Assembly: GCA_964016885.1 (NCBI GenBank)
Contig: OZ024740.1
Location: forward strand, 247,380,001-247,444,000
DNA length: 64,000 bases
Direction: 5' to 3'
DNA from: Eledone cirrhosa
Taxonomy: Eukaryota
Position numbers and translations under genes: made by a program
In this document: one piece after another, positions 52,263 through 64,000 of the stretch
How the letters are laid out: each line of letters begins with the position of its first letter
Numbering within the stretch: position 1 is the first letter of the stretch
Notes under the pieces: generated by a model
The model's input: only the letters and a program-made list of their open reading frames with translations
What the model was told of the DNA's origin: nothing
Database searches by the model: none

Positions 52263-53574
52263 TGACCATGCAGGAGTATCAAATTGAGAAATTATGATCT
52301 TTTAGTTGTTGTTTCGTCCTAGGTCATCTTTCAAACAGTAGACAAACCTATGAAAGAAATCTACGTCATTTATGGCAGTTATGTTTTCCGTAATAGCCAT
52401 GGAATGGACTAAATACCGTTATGTTGTTGCTGATGTTGCTGTTTATCTCTCGGTCACCCCTGATAGAGCAAACAAACTTATGATCAAAGACCATACAGGT
52501 TATAAGCATGTCATATTTTCTTCTGGGCAACAATAATTAGGGAAATGGTTAAATTAGTATAGACAGATATAACGAGGCCTTTGTTTGGTAGACTTAACCT
52601 GTCGACCTGCTTCATATCTCCCACCTAGGCCTTGGACACCTTAAGCATTTGGAGCAGGTCTTTGGTTTAAAGACATCTAGTGTAGAGACTCTTCTTTGTT
52701 AATAGAACGCCAGTCTTTTAAGAATTTTGCTTGTGTGAAGATATGAACCTAATATTATAAATTAACGAATTCCCCATCGTTTGTTCAGTAATCAACTGTA
52801 ACAACTTCTTTTTTCACGAAGGAACGGTAGCGCCTATAACTATGCTTTATTAGGGATCCCGAGACCGATGGGAAGAAGTAAGGAAGTTCAGTTAAAACCG
52901 GAGATCTGACACAAATGCTTGCGATAGACCGGCTTTCACGAAAGGCATCCAAAGATCAGACGGTAGTGTTAAACTGGTATTTGGCAATTTTCCCATCTTC
53001 TGTACTTTGGGCGGCAGTACCTGGGTTTGCAGCCGAATCAACAAGATTGGAGGCGGAGAACGAGTCACAGCACGTGACATCCAAGATTAGGGATTTGCAT
53101 CTCGAATGGAAAGAGTTATCTCGTCTGGACGTTTATCATCGCCAGGATCGAAGCCAGATGGCTCCAGTTGTGTTGGGAAGCCAGCCACATCAAGACTTCT
53201 TCGGACTATTACGATATTTTACACAGCTAAGATAGTAACATAAGATGTAATCATATTGTTGTTTCATGGTCTCCACAGATAGAATGGTGAATGTGTTACT
53301 CCGTTTAATTTTTATCTGAGCTGGATTAGTTTAATAATTTGATGGGCTGTTAAACACGATGTAGTTTGTGATCAGGACCTGGAGCAGGAACTGAAGACAA
53401 GGCTAACTGAACATATTTTTATGTTCACTACCCGTTTATCCCTTTATAATTGATTCTTTACTTAAGGCCTCTTGAATTTGAGAGGTAACTCAGCGTATAC
53501 AGGTTTAGGCAAATTACTACTAATACATAAGTGCCGTGATTTTAATATTCGAGACCAGCCAGGGGTGATGAAAT

Positions 53575-53700
53575 GGCGGAATCGTTACAGCACTGGAGAA
53601 AATATTCTGCAGAATTTGCTCCGGGTCTTTACATTCTGAGGTCAAATTCCGCCGAGGTTATTTTACCTTTCATCTTTTCGGAATCAGTAAAGTAAAATAC
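53575..53700 (+). mobile_element. tRNA-derived SINE, diverged copy
   Basis: TGGCGGAATCGTTA..TTCTGAGGTCAAATTCCGCCGAGG..CCTTTCATC. Confidence 0.7.
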
Positions 53701-54857
53701 ATGAATCATATTGTGTGGTCCATTCAAACGACTGTGAGTATGTTCTAACAGAAGAGTAGCTCCAATTACCCGTTAAACCGTAGTCTTTTGACTACAGGTA
53801 AAGTGACACACCAGTTGGAATACTGCTGTCATATTGTTTCTCTCACTAAAGAGGGCCCTATAGATAAGAGGTAATGTAGTGATTCTGTGTGGATATTTGG
53901 GGAAGAAAGATTTCTAAATTTCATATACCTATTTGATAACTATCATGTGTTTATATTGAGTCGGCTTACTACATTTTAGGTGTCGAGATAAATATTAAGG
54001 ACCATTGGAATAACGCAAAAGAACATTGCTTAAATGTCACACAAGATAATCTAAAATTTCAGCATATGGTCATGTGACGCTCTAAATGCTAAACCAAATA
54101 TCATAATGACATGATCACAAATTGAGGTGAAGACTATAGTCAATGTAATCATTCACAGTACTTGAATGGTACTTGTTTTATCAAGCTCAGAAGGATGGCA
54201 GGCAAAGTCGTACGTGGTGGATTTGAACTTAGATGTAACTAAATACTACGACTTTACTGATTTTGCTAGTACACACATCTGATACTAAATAGCCCTAACA
54301 CATACATTTTACTATGTTACACACGCACATAGAGAAACACATGAATGTAGACATATCTACATACATAATTATTTAAAATCATTGAACTGCATCCGTCGCT
54401 CCTACCGCCGTTGCGGAAGTAGCGGCATGTTCACAAATTAAATATTCACAGCGACAATGGATGTGTGTTTATTATGTGTAAGAATATTGTATATGGCTCC
54501 ATACGTGTTTTTATTTCGAATCACGCTGTTAGTGGTATCACTAATATACACATTCACACAGGCGCGCGCATAACTAACTACAGGTGTTACTAGTTCATAA
54601 GAACACGATAGTGTCACTTACACTGTATTACTTAACTGTAACATTGAGTGTCAAAATATTTTATTTAGGTATATTATTTCGTTTTAGAACACACTCATAC
54701 ATTCATACATATATATACAGACGTGCACACACATACGCACATACACACATACACACATACACACATACGTACATTAGAGACATACATAGGCACACACACA
54801 CACTGATACGCCCAACAACATACATAGACACACACACACTGATACACATTATTTTTT

Positions 54858-54992
54858 CTACGTCCCTTTACGATCTGAGTTCAAATCCCGCCGAAGTTGA
54901 CTTTGCCTTTCATCCTTACGGGGTCGATAAAATAAAGTACCAGTAATGCACTGGGTTATTGCTGGCCTTGTGCCTAAAGTAGAAACAATTAT
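54858..54992 (+). mobile_element. tRNA-derived SINE, 5'-truncated
   Basis: Matches 34222-34411 and 62160-62298. Confidence 0.85.
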
Positions 54993-55159
54993 TTTTTCTA
55001 AGGAATTTATCGACATCGCCTTTGCATTAACACGAGTCAAATTATCTAAGGGGATGGTCCATTTCTCGAAGGAAAGAACGTGGACAAACATTGTATCCTA
55101 CGTGTAGGCTTCGGGCAGAAGACAAAAATAACAACAGAAACCTAGGAATAATGGCTAGA

Positions 55160-55495
55160 CTTTGGGAGGGTCATACTGCTAATAAAAACACACGGACCTG
55201 TTGAGTTGTCAGTGAGAAAGACATGGAGGGGTAATTAAAGCAAAATCAACAGGGAAATATAGAGTATTAAGAACAGTTATGGAGAAGGTCACAGAATGTG
55301 TGACAAAGAGCTTTGACAATTACATAACCATCCAGTTACTCAACTATCCGAGGAATGGATTAGTTACTTGTCTTATAATAAAACCGAATCGGAAATGAGC
55401 TAGTGCGTATGTTTTTATTGACAACATGACCCTCCGGAAATAAAACACTATCTATTTCAACCCTCATGGATCTTGCAAAACAAATACAAAAAAGA

Positions 55496-55500
<5 letters not shown>
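55160..55500. mobile_element. Diverged GGAGGGTCAT foldback family member
   Basis: TTTGGGAGGGTCATACTGCTAATAAAAACACACG ... CGTATGTTTTTATTGACAACATGACCCTCC. Confidence 0.6.
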
Positions 55501-55540
<40 letters not shown>

Positions 55541-55655
55541 ATATATAAAGAGGGAAGAGAGAGAGAGAGAAAGGTGGAGAGAGAGGGGGAGAGAGAGACA
55601 TAAATGCCAGAATTATTGTACTCCTTTATTTTTATCAACTCCTTTTCTTAAAGAG

Positions 55656-55793
<138 letters not shown>

Positions 55794-55843
55794 TATACAT
55801 GTGTGTGTGTGTGTGTTTATGCATGTATGTACTAATTGAATCC

Positions 55844-56010
55844 TTAAAGTTGACTTTTATCGAAGATTTTACCAAGTTCAATATTCTTCTGAATTTCTTC
55901 AAGAACCAGTCTGGTAGCACACTGCACGGCTTCTAACTGGTTTGACTTTGCACAATGTCGCCTGGTTTGTGTAATGATCTCGGTCACATCAGCTGGGCAA
56001 TCCGTATGAA
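55844..56010 (-). CDS. Putative (terminal) exon of an unidentified gene
   Basis: Acceptor CTTTGTTAATTTTCAG; open frame HTDCPADVTEIITQTRRHCAKSNQLEAVQCATRLVLEEIQKNIELGKIFDKSQL*; phase fits the upstream exons. Confidence 0.55.
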
Positions 56011-56099
56011 CTGAAAATTAACAAAGTATATAAATACACGAAGGCTGCCGTACCACTATCAAATATGACCCCCTTTTCGCCACTTCCTACTACTTGAAA

Positions 56100-56500
56100 G
56101 ATGAAGTACCTCCTCATTACAGGCTCTGAAGGTGACAAAGTCATACGTGAATATGGCAAGAGTATTACTTGACTTCGTAGGCTTCGACAGTATTTCAAAG
56201 AAGGGTAAAGCGGCATTGGCGACGGAAGAATTTCGACTTCCCCAGATTATACATCTTCTAAGTGACGAAACTACTATTACCCGATACTCTTGTCGTTGCA
56301 ACGAAATTTGCAACGTCTTTATGGGGTTCTAAGAAGTCCGTATTCTAGCTTCCTCTTAGTTGATTGGAGGTAAAGTAAAATATAGACGCAAAAAGAGTCT
56401 ACATGTAATATTTTATAGTGAAAAACGCTTGCGCTACACGAGAGCCACTCTCCAAATGTTTGAAGACGTTAAGCTAGCAACAAGAAAAATCAAGGTCAGG
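56100..56500 (+). pseudogene. Highly degraded LINE RT fragment
   Basis: LLDFVGFDSISK..EFRLPQIIHLL resembles FIDF.KAFDS.....L...G.P..I.L. Confidence 0.45.
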
Positions 56501-57069
56501 TGGCTAGAGACTACAACGTTACATGTTTCAAGAAATAATATCTTCTGTCATGTGCATTTACATAAACATGCAAATACACATATATGTATACACGATATAG
56601 GATAGTTATTCACACGGATGGCGTGTTTTGTTTTTCATCCCACAGGGTGTACAATAAAGGTTCTATGAGGTTACCAGTTTAGCCACCGACGACCCTATCA
56701 TACACAAGTTTTACTGAGTTACATATTTCATGTAACACACAAGAACGATCTGGAATACATTTATTCCTGCACACATGCATACATGCATACATACATACAT
56801 GATGGCTGAAACTCGATTTCGCGTAATGCCATCGCTTGATACTTGAGTTTCACCACCGTCGATGTTTAGTCTTGCTAGGGACAGGTTTCGTTTTTCATCC
56901 CGCAGGGTGTCGAAATTAATCCGCCTCACCAACCAACCTTGGTAGGGTTGCCGTTTTAGTCGCCGACGATCCGACGTTACATACATACATACTTACATAC
57001 ATACTATTAACAAGTTGACCGAACTCCACAAAAGTCAGACTCACAGTTGTAAATTCCTGCACCACTTAC

Positions 57070-57078
57070 CCCTATGAT
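57070..57078 (-). CDS. Putative 9-nt microexon (ATCATAGGG)
   Basis: TTCCATCTACATTTGCCATTTTAG|ATCATAGGG|GTAAGT; frame-preserving between exons 57383-57467 and 55844-56010. Confidence 0.45.
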
Positions 57079-57382
57079 CTAAAATGGCAAATGTAGATGG
57101 AATTTGGAATGTAAATAAACAACACAACCGCGATGCAGTATGGTTAAATGAACTACAGATCGAGATTTTTGCAACATCTCTCTCAAAATATATGAGATCA
57201 ACAATGAAACTCTTCAGAATTTTAATGTAAAACTACCGAATGAAAAACCACCTGGTACATTTGACCCTCCACTTTCTACAGTGTAGCTATTGTCATCTTG
57301 TTCAAATATCACTTCTTATATAAACTTATATAAACATGTACACGTGTGGCTCAGCGTTTGCAATGAAGCAAGGTAAACTTAC

Positions 57383-57467
57383 ATAAACCTCGTTTTTTAC
57401 GGCCAATCTTCATGTCACAATCTTTTGCAAGGAAGGTCATCGTCAATGGAGTTTCATCGATTGAGAA
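57383..57467 (-). CDS. Putative internal exon (85 nt) of an unidentified gene
   Basis: CTTTCTATCTCTTTCCTAAG|...|GTAAGT; only one open frame: FSIDETPLTMTFLAKDCDMKIGRKKRGL + 1 nt. Confidence 0.55.
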
Positions 57468-58297
57468 CTTAGGAAAGAGATAGAAAGGAAGACACGTTGA
57501 AAAATAAATGTTGTTCATGCATTAATGTATGTATAATATATATACACACATATATATATAAATAAAGAGGAAAATGCGAAGTTGTAGATGTTAGTATTTT
57601 ATTAATTGAACCGTTATACATATTTCAGTGACGATAGATATCGTGATTCCTTCAGACAACAATTTTGAGTAAAAGGTAACATTTCCGAGGTAAATATGGG
57701 TGGAATGGAGTGGACTAAAAATATGTCTCTTTTTGCTTTGGTTGTCCGCTCCCTTCTAACTTTAGAACCCCCGACAGCTCTGCGCAGACGCAGATGTGTG
57801 GGAGGCTGACCACTCAACTACCACATAGAATACTACTAACCTTAGATGTTCCATCTAGCTAACACACACACACCCCACCTCAGCCAAAAACATTATACGG
57901 TCAGTAGCAATTCAGTTCAGCCAAATGTGTTTACTGCTAACTTTGGTGTCCAGCAGAATTCCAGTGCATGTGAACCCACTACCCATTTATAGTGAGAGAA
58001 TGTACCGACCCTCAACCCCAAGGTGAGAATATTACCTAATGTTATGGTTAATAAAAAATTAACATGGAAAAGACATTTAAGACTTCACAACCCACAAATC
58101 CAAGAATTTAAAAATTTCAAAAGTTAAAAGTTAGAAGTCCAGAAAATTAGACAACAGTTAATATACTAATAATATCTAACTGGCTGATGTGTATATTCTC
58201 TGTCATCCGTACTTTAAAGAAGTAATATGACGTCGAGTGCTTGAGCGAATTGCATCCTTATATGCCAAATGTATATATATATATATACATATATATA

Positions 58298-58371
58298 CTG
58301 CTGACGATCGAATTCAAAACGTGACCATTTCCACTGAAAGTTTTCGTGAAATAGTCTTCAAGACTATACAG
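58298..58371 (+). ncRNA. Type I hammerhead ribozyme
   Basis: CTG-CTGACGA-TCGAA...TTCGT-GAAA-TAGTC-TTCAA-GACTA-TA-CAG. Confidence 0.78.
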
Positions 58372-58624
58372 AGCATTTGTAGTTGTCCCAAATTGAAGGA
58401 TGAGTATTTTAAACTTTATTTTATCATGAGTTAAGGCTCTATTGTTTCTTCCCTGGATTTCACTAAATTCTGTAGGATGAATTTATATCCTGATTCTTTT
58501 TGAGTTGAGTTTGAATTATTTTTCCCACATCTTACGTTAACTATTTTTCCCATTTTGACGCTATAGTCACTCATATATTATGGAATACTGTTGGCTTTTT
58601 GCTACAATATTTTCTATACCTTTC

Positions 58625-58729
<105 letters not shown>

Positions 58730-58732
58730 TTT

Positions 58733-58777
<45 letters not shown>

Positions 58778-58796
58778 CATATACGTCATGATAAAA

Positions 58797-58835
<39 letters not shown>

Positions 58836-58922
58836 CATACATATACGTCATGATTCTTAGCCATTTTTGAATGAATTATTGGCGCGATCACTTTGGAAAA
58901 TTTAATGTCTGGATCGGAGCAA

Positions 58923-58998
58923 ATCTCCTGATGAGTCTGATGCTCGAGTTCCAAAGTTATTGGAAATCTCAAAATGCGGACGAAACCATGGTAGAGGT
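58923..58998 (+). ncRNA. Type I hammerhead ribozyme, intact
   Basis: ATCTC-CTGATGA-GTCTG...CGGAC-GAAA-CCATGG-TA-GAGGT. Confidence 0.88.
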
Positions 58999-59629
58999 AT
59001 TTAAATGTATTCTATTTTCTCCTAGTTTATTTTACACCTAATTCTATTTAATTGACTGTATCTGGGTGATTATGCTGTCGAAATATTCGATAAATATTCC
59101 GTCGTGGCCGACGCAAAGGGCTAGTTTCGGTTATTTGTTGGAGATTTCTTCATAGAAGCCTTATTCTTATAGCCTGGTCTATTCGATTTTTTATATAGTT
59201 TTATATACAGATGTGTTCGACCCATTTACTTTTGTATCAGTTTTGTTACTACTCAATTTCTACAAGTTTTTTCTATTCTCAACTTATTAACCTCTAATTG
59301 TAAGTTAGCATTATGATTTTTTTATTCATTTCTCACTATCTAATTTTATATATTTTTTTATTTATTTCTATTATCTTTTATTGTCTCCTACTCTCATTCG
59401 AATTACCTATTCTATAACCTCCCTCCTCCATTTCCTACACTATCCTTAGAATCTGCTGTATACATATAACTTTCAACGCTTGGCCGCTCCACTCACTCAC
59501 TCTCCTATTGTTCTACAGGCAAGTTCAGCCACCCGTACCTCCAACCACATGTCTTGATAGACTTATTTGTGTTTACAACAAATTTTAACCAATCCTCTTG
59601 ACAACTACAATCTTCCCATATAAGGAAGT

Positions 59630-59727
59630 ACCCCCTTGACAAGTTCGGCTATTTATTTACCAGGCTAAAAATTCTAATTTAGCCCAGAAATAGCCGTCGA
59701 AACGGCTTGAGCTCTGCCGTCGGGGGT
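59630..59727 (+). ncRNA. Type I hammerhead ribozyme, U3-A8 core variant, strong stems
   Basis: ACCCCC-TTGACAA-GTTCGGCTATTT...AAATAGCCGTC-GAAA-CGGC-TTGAGCTCT-GCCG-TC-GGGGGT. Confidence 0.85.
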
Positions 59728-59806
59728 CATACTTGTTCCTATATATATATATATATAAATATTACCAATATTAATAAATGGAAAATATCTTTATAATACC
59801 ATATTT

Positions 59807-59864
59807 ATTTTATTATACGTATTTCAAGGACACAAAATTTTAGTGTACATCCATCAGATAAAAT
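59807..59864 (-). ncRNA. Hammerhead motif (A9G), related to 14511-14578
   Basis: ATTTTAT-CTGATGG-ATGTACAC..GTGTCCTT-GAAA-TACGTA-TA-ATAAAAT. Confidence 0.65.
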
Positions 59865-60090
59865 ATAATATTTGGTGTTAAGATATTGACATACCTTAGC
59901 GCAAACTTAATAGTATAAGCCCATTATCGGCTGTGAGGTAAAAATTCAAAATCACAAGGGATATAAGTTAACAAGGATACATTAAAACAGAAAAAGACCG
60001 TTATTATAGACGCTTGATATTTTTGAAAAATAGCGTGTTTATATTGGTTGTGTGGCCGTCGTTAAAGGGTGAAATATTAGTGTAGAATTA

Positions 60091-60134
<44 letters not shown>

Positions 60135-60135
60135 T

Positions 60136-60231
<96 letters not shown>

Positions 60232-60239
60232 GTTTTGCG

Positions 60240-60380
60240 ATGGCAACATTGAGGACCGAGTAAGTTAGATCGCAGATATATATATATAAAAGACAGCGAG
60301 AAGCGAAAACCAACCAAACAGTGAGTGTGTTCTGTTATTAATTCTGGCAATATTACGCAAATATGACCCTCCCCAAATAT

Positions 60381-60388
<8 letters not shown>
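60240..60388 (-). mobile_element. Fragment of the 11206-12172 foldback family
   Basis: Near-identical to 11977-12117. Confidence 0.85.
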
Positions 60389-60433
<45 letters not shown>

Positions 60434-60480
60434 TATACACATGAATGAGCGTAGAAGAATCTTGTAATTATAGATATATA

Positions 60481-61090
60481 AACGGAAAAAATGAAATGAA
60501 ATTTCATTTCCCACTCTTAGTACGGCTGTTACTTAAATATAAGTATGTACACGTACATACATATATGTATACAGACGTACAGTAGTATGTATATATATAT
60601 ACATACATGCACACATATATATATGTACGTATGGATTCACCGAACATTTATTATAATGCTCGGTGTGTTTGTAAACAAACATCAAGTACTAAGAGTGGGA
60701 AATGAAATTTCGTTTCATTTTTTCCGTTTATCGTTTTCGGTGCACCCGGCCGATTAACCCATTCGATATGCAAATTAGGCTACTCAGCCGTTAATATGCA
60801 TAAGGTAAGTATATACGTTCAACAATCTGGCAGGAAGGTATACGTTGCTGACGATAGCTAATAAGCTTGAAACTAGTACAGCGTTCCTTTGTCAGTGTTG
60901 AACAAACGAGCAACGATGGTTGCTAGACACTACGGCTTAATACGGGATGTTTGTTTACAAACACACCGAGCATTATAATAAATGTTCGGTGAATCCATAC
61001 GTACATATATATATATATGTGTGCATGTATGTATATATATATACATACTACTGTACGTCTGTATACATATATGTATGTCCGTGTACATAC
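60481..61090 (+). mobile_element. ~430-443-bp HHR family, locus 3 (inverted piece 60481-60682 plus + segment 60684-61090)
   Basis: Homologous to 10478-11190. Confidence 0.85.
60842..60884 (+). ncRNA. Minimal type I hammerhead ribozyme, intact
   Basis: ACGTTG-CTGACGA-TAGCT-AATA-AGCTT-GAAA-CTAG-TA-CAGCGT. Confidence 0.88.
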
Positions 61091-61408
61091 TGATATATAT
61101 ATATATTTTTTTTTACATATATTTTAAGAATGTGAATCAAATTATATTGGTTATATAAAAAAATGTATTGTTTTGAAGTAAATTATAAGCTACTAATGTA
61201 TGTGGTTAATTACAATAATAATTATGTGAGTAAATATATAACGTATTTGTCAATTTGACCTATGTAAACAACTATGGGGAAATAACTCTAAATTATATAA
61301 CGTTATAAGCATTGTATTCAAGGTATATTTTCGATAAACATTGAATAAGATATGCTTCGATCAATTAGATCTTATAATTATTATTATTTATATTGTATAT
61401 TTTATAAT

Positions 61409-61533
61409 GGCGGTGGATTGGCAGTATCGGTAGAGAGTCGGACGCCATGCTTTGATGCATAGAGTTACGGCCCTTTCCATTCTGAGTTCAAATCCCGCTG
61501 ATGTTAACTTTGCCTTTCATCCTTACGGGGTCG
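61409..61533 (+). mobile_element. tRNA-derived SINE, 5' part
   Basis: GGCGGTGGATTGGCAGTATCGGTAGAGAGTCGGACG..TTCTGAGTTCAAATCCCGC. Confidence 0.8.
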
Positions 61534-61645
61534 CAGTCGCCTTGTCTCTGACTGATTGGTGTGTCTCCATATGAGGGAATGAATTATGTGAGAGAACATC
61601 GTTATTTTTTCTCCCTCATATCAAGAATTTGAAGACAATTCATTT

Positions 61646-61719
61646 TCACCTGATGAGATGAGTGATAATCGATCATGGCTTCACAATCGATCTATCTCTT
61701 ATTGAAACATGTGTCGTGA
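61646..61719 (+). ncRNA. Type I hammerhead ribozyme
   Basis: TCAC-CTGATGA-GATGAG...CTTATT-GAAA-CATGTG-TC-GTGA. Confidence 0.82.
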
Positions 61720-61762
61720 TTAAATGATTGGAATTTTACCTTGCCTTCGGATTTTCATTTTG

Positions 61763-61788
<26 letters not shown>

Positions 61789-61793
<5 letters not shown>

Positions 61794-63022
61794 AAGAGTG
61801 AAGAATAATATGGTCAACAGTACAAGAAGGGTTTTATTTACAGTATTAACAATTGTTTCATTGATTAAGTTGTCTTAAAATTGGTAATCACTTGAAGTTG
61901 TCACACAATTTTAAATACGTTGTATACTTAACCAAATCATCAGATAACTGAATAAAATTGTGCATAGCGTTTACAAATTCAAATTACAACATAAGTAATT
62001 AAGAAAGAAAAAGAAAAAGAAGAAAAAAGAAAAAGATAGAGAAACAAAAGAAAAAAAATGAGAAAGGAAGAAATAAAGAAAGATTAAACAAGAATAAAGA
62101 AAAAAGATAAAGAAAAAGGAAAATAGAGAGAAAAAATAAAAGTAGTGATAATAAATTAATTATTTCTACTATTGGCACAAGGCCAGCAATTACGCAGTAC
62201 ATTACTGGTACTTTATTTTATCGACCCCGTAAGGATGAAAGGCAAAGTCAACCTCGGCGGGATTTGAACTCAGATCGTAAAGGGACGTAACTATGCTGGA
62301 ATAGTGATAATAAATGGAATAGTGATAATAACTATGCTGGAGTAGTGATAATAAATTAATAATAATAAATAAGTTATAGCGAAGATGATAAAAAATAAAT
62401 TTAAAAATCTTATATGTGTACGAGGAAAATGAACATAATATGATTGTTGAAAATAGTTGGTGGTTAAAATATGATGGTATAAACATGAAAATATTAAATA
62501 TATTCATATATTCATATATTCATATATTCATAAAATTTCATCGGATGATAGGTCTGGGTTTTTTGTGCAAAGGTTAGTGCCTTATTTAGGGTGACTGGGG
62601 AAATAGAGGAGTAGTAGTCATTGATGTTAAATTGTATGAAATCGGAAGTTTCCCTATTGTCTAATTTGCTAAACTAATCTATTGCTTCATTAGTGTTACC
62701 CCAAAGCTTAATTATTAGTTTGTCTTTAATTTGTGGTATTATTCTATCTAGTATCTTTTTCTTTTTTCTTCTTTTTCTTTGTCTTTCTTTATCACTGATG
62801 TTGTAATTTGAATTTGTAAACGCCATGTATAATTTTATTCAGTTATCTGATGATTTGGGTAAATACATAGTATTTGGGTAAATACATAGTATTTAAAATT
62901 GAGTAACACAACTTCAAATGATTAGCAATTTTAAGACAACTTAATCAATGAAACAACTCTTAATACTGTAAATAAAACTCTTCTTGTACTGTTGACCATG
63001 TTATTCTTCACTCTTTCACTAT
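61789..63022. mobile_element. PLE relic with ~200-bp inverted HHR-bearing arms (HHRs 61841-61950 on -, 62840-62968 on +), RT remnant and nested SINE
   Basis: CTGATGA-TTTGGTTAAGT...ACTTAATCAAT-GAAA-CAATTG-TT; minus-strand LWGNTNEAID..FIQFNINDYYSSIS at ~62600-62710. Confidence 0.75.
62160..62298 (-). mobile_element. tRNA-derived SINE, 5'-truncated
   Basis: Matches 34222-34411. Confidence 0.85.
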
Positions 63023-63204
63023 TATTACTCCAAGATTAACTTACGTAGGTATTCCCGAGAACTCATATACTTGCTACCTAAAGAAACCTCTTGTTGAGTC
63101 AAACAACGCCGTACGCTAAAACTATCCACAATACGGAGTATTCACAACCTCTAACTGGATTACCTATAACGATAACTTGTTATCCCTTATATATATATAT
63201 ACAC

Positions 63205-63862
63205 ATAATTGAATATAAAAGAGAGATAAACACAGATATAAACATACATGTGTTCAAATCGTAAGGAACCAAGTTTGCCAGGGGTAAAAAATACTATTAA
63301 CAATATGGTTTGCCAGACTCAATTTAAAACAATAAATCAAGAAAAGGAATACAAACATATATCGGACAACTGCCGGAACACCCAGACAGCTTACAGTAGG
63401 CTGTTTCGTAATTTTAGCGGAGGAAATTACCAATTCTTTGCTCTTCAATGGGTGTAAAAATTAGTACTCCCTTCACTTCTAAATATCTTATTAGACTGAA
63501 TAGTGTGTGAATATAAAATAACGCACATGGCATCAGAACCTAGCGTGTCTCATAAACGTACGCTACTAAAAATAGCAGCCAAGTTTAAATTAGCAACAAA
63601 ATTTGAAGGGGCCGACTATATCAAAGGTATATATTAAGTTAGAAACTCAAAATAGTCTCTTACAATTAAATAGCTCAAAGAAAAAGATTTTTCTGAGCCG
63701 TGTAATATAATTGAATATAAAAGAGAGATAAACACAGATATAAACATATATATTACATAATACTAATTATTAACAATATAGTTTGCCAGACTCAATTTAA
63801 AACAATAAATTAAGATTTGAATACATGTATGTTTATATCTGTGTTTATCTCTCTGTTATATT
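63205..63862. repeat. Partial tandem (~500-bp period; 63205 vs 63707) with a short inverted copy at ~63822-63860
   Basis: ATAATTGAATATAAAAGAGAGATAAACACAGATATAAACATA repeated. Confidence 0.7.
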
Positions 63863-63865
63863 TAA

Positions 63866-64000
63866 CTAGCTGAGCTACCCGGTGATACCCGGGTATTTTA
63901 TGAAAGTTACAATATATTTGGCACACATTACAAAATATTTGACCATTCAAATATGATTGCTGAATTTTATCCAAAGTAGGAATTATCGCAGAATATTTAT
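63866..64000 (-). mobile_element. Helitron 3' end (continues beyond the window)
   Basis: Minus strand hairpin TACCCGG/CCGGGTA, then CTAG|T. Confidence 0.65.

Noticed and set aside
52600-53500. Possible minus-strand LINE remnant
   Set aside because: Too degraded to assign motifs with confidence by eye.
57383-57405. RKKR-GLF match to the influenza H5 haemagglutinin cleavage site
   Set aside because: Only seven residues, dependent on microexon skipping, with no fusion-peptide similarity afterwards; treated as a generic furin-type motif.

Overview
Eukaryotic, AT-rich, repeat-dense DNA. It is most likely a cephalopod (Octopus-like) genome, inferred from the recurring tRNA-derived SINE family and the abundance of (TA)n/(CA)n tracts; this is not proven. 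Most entries in the ORF track are microsatellite artefacts. The real content is: (1) six decayed Penelope-like retroelements (PLE; RT and/or GIY-YIG), five clear and one weak remnant, mostly with inverted pseudo-LTRs; (2) about 25-30 type I hammerhead ribozyme (HHR) motifs read by eye, in PLE ends and in several non-coding families, including a 553/554-bp tandem array and a ~430-443-bp family at three loci that look like non-LTR retrozymes, with several HHRs carrying a U3-A8 core variant; (3) a decayed Buster/ZBED5-type hAT transposase followed by an 8.3-kb 34-bp minisatellite with a 3740-bp higher-order repeat; (4) a nest of two L1/Tx1-type and two R4/Dong-type non-LTR elements, three of them abutting (AAT)n tracts; (5) non-autonomous Helitrons, SINEs and palindromic MITEs; (6) host-gene fragments: a terminal exon of a GH18 chitinase-like gene (+) and three putative exons, including a 9-nt microexon, of an unidentified gene (-). 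All calls are by eye; no searches or folding were run, and many element boundaries are approximate.
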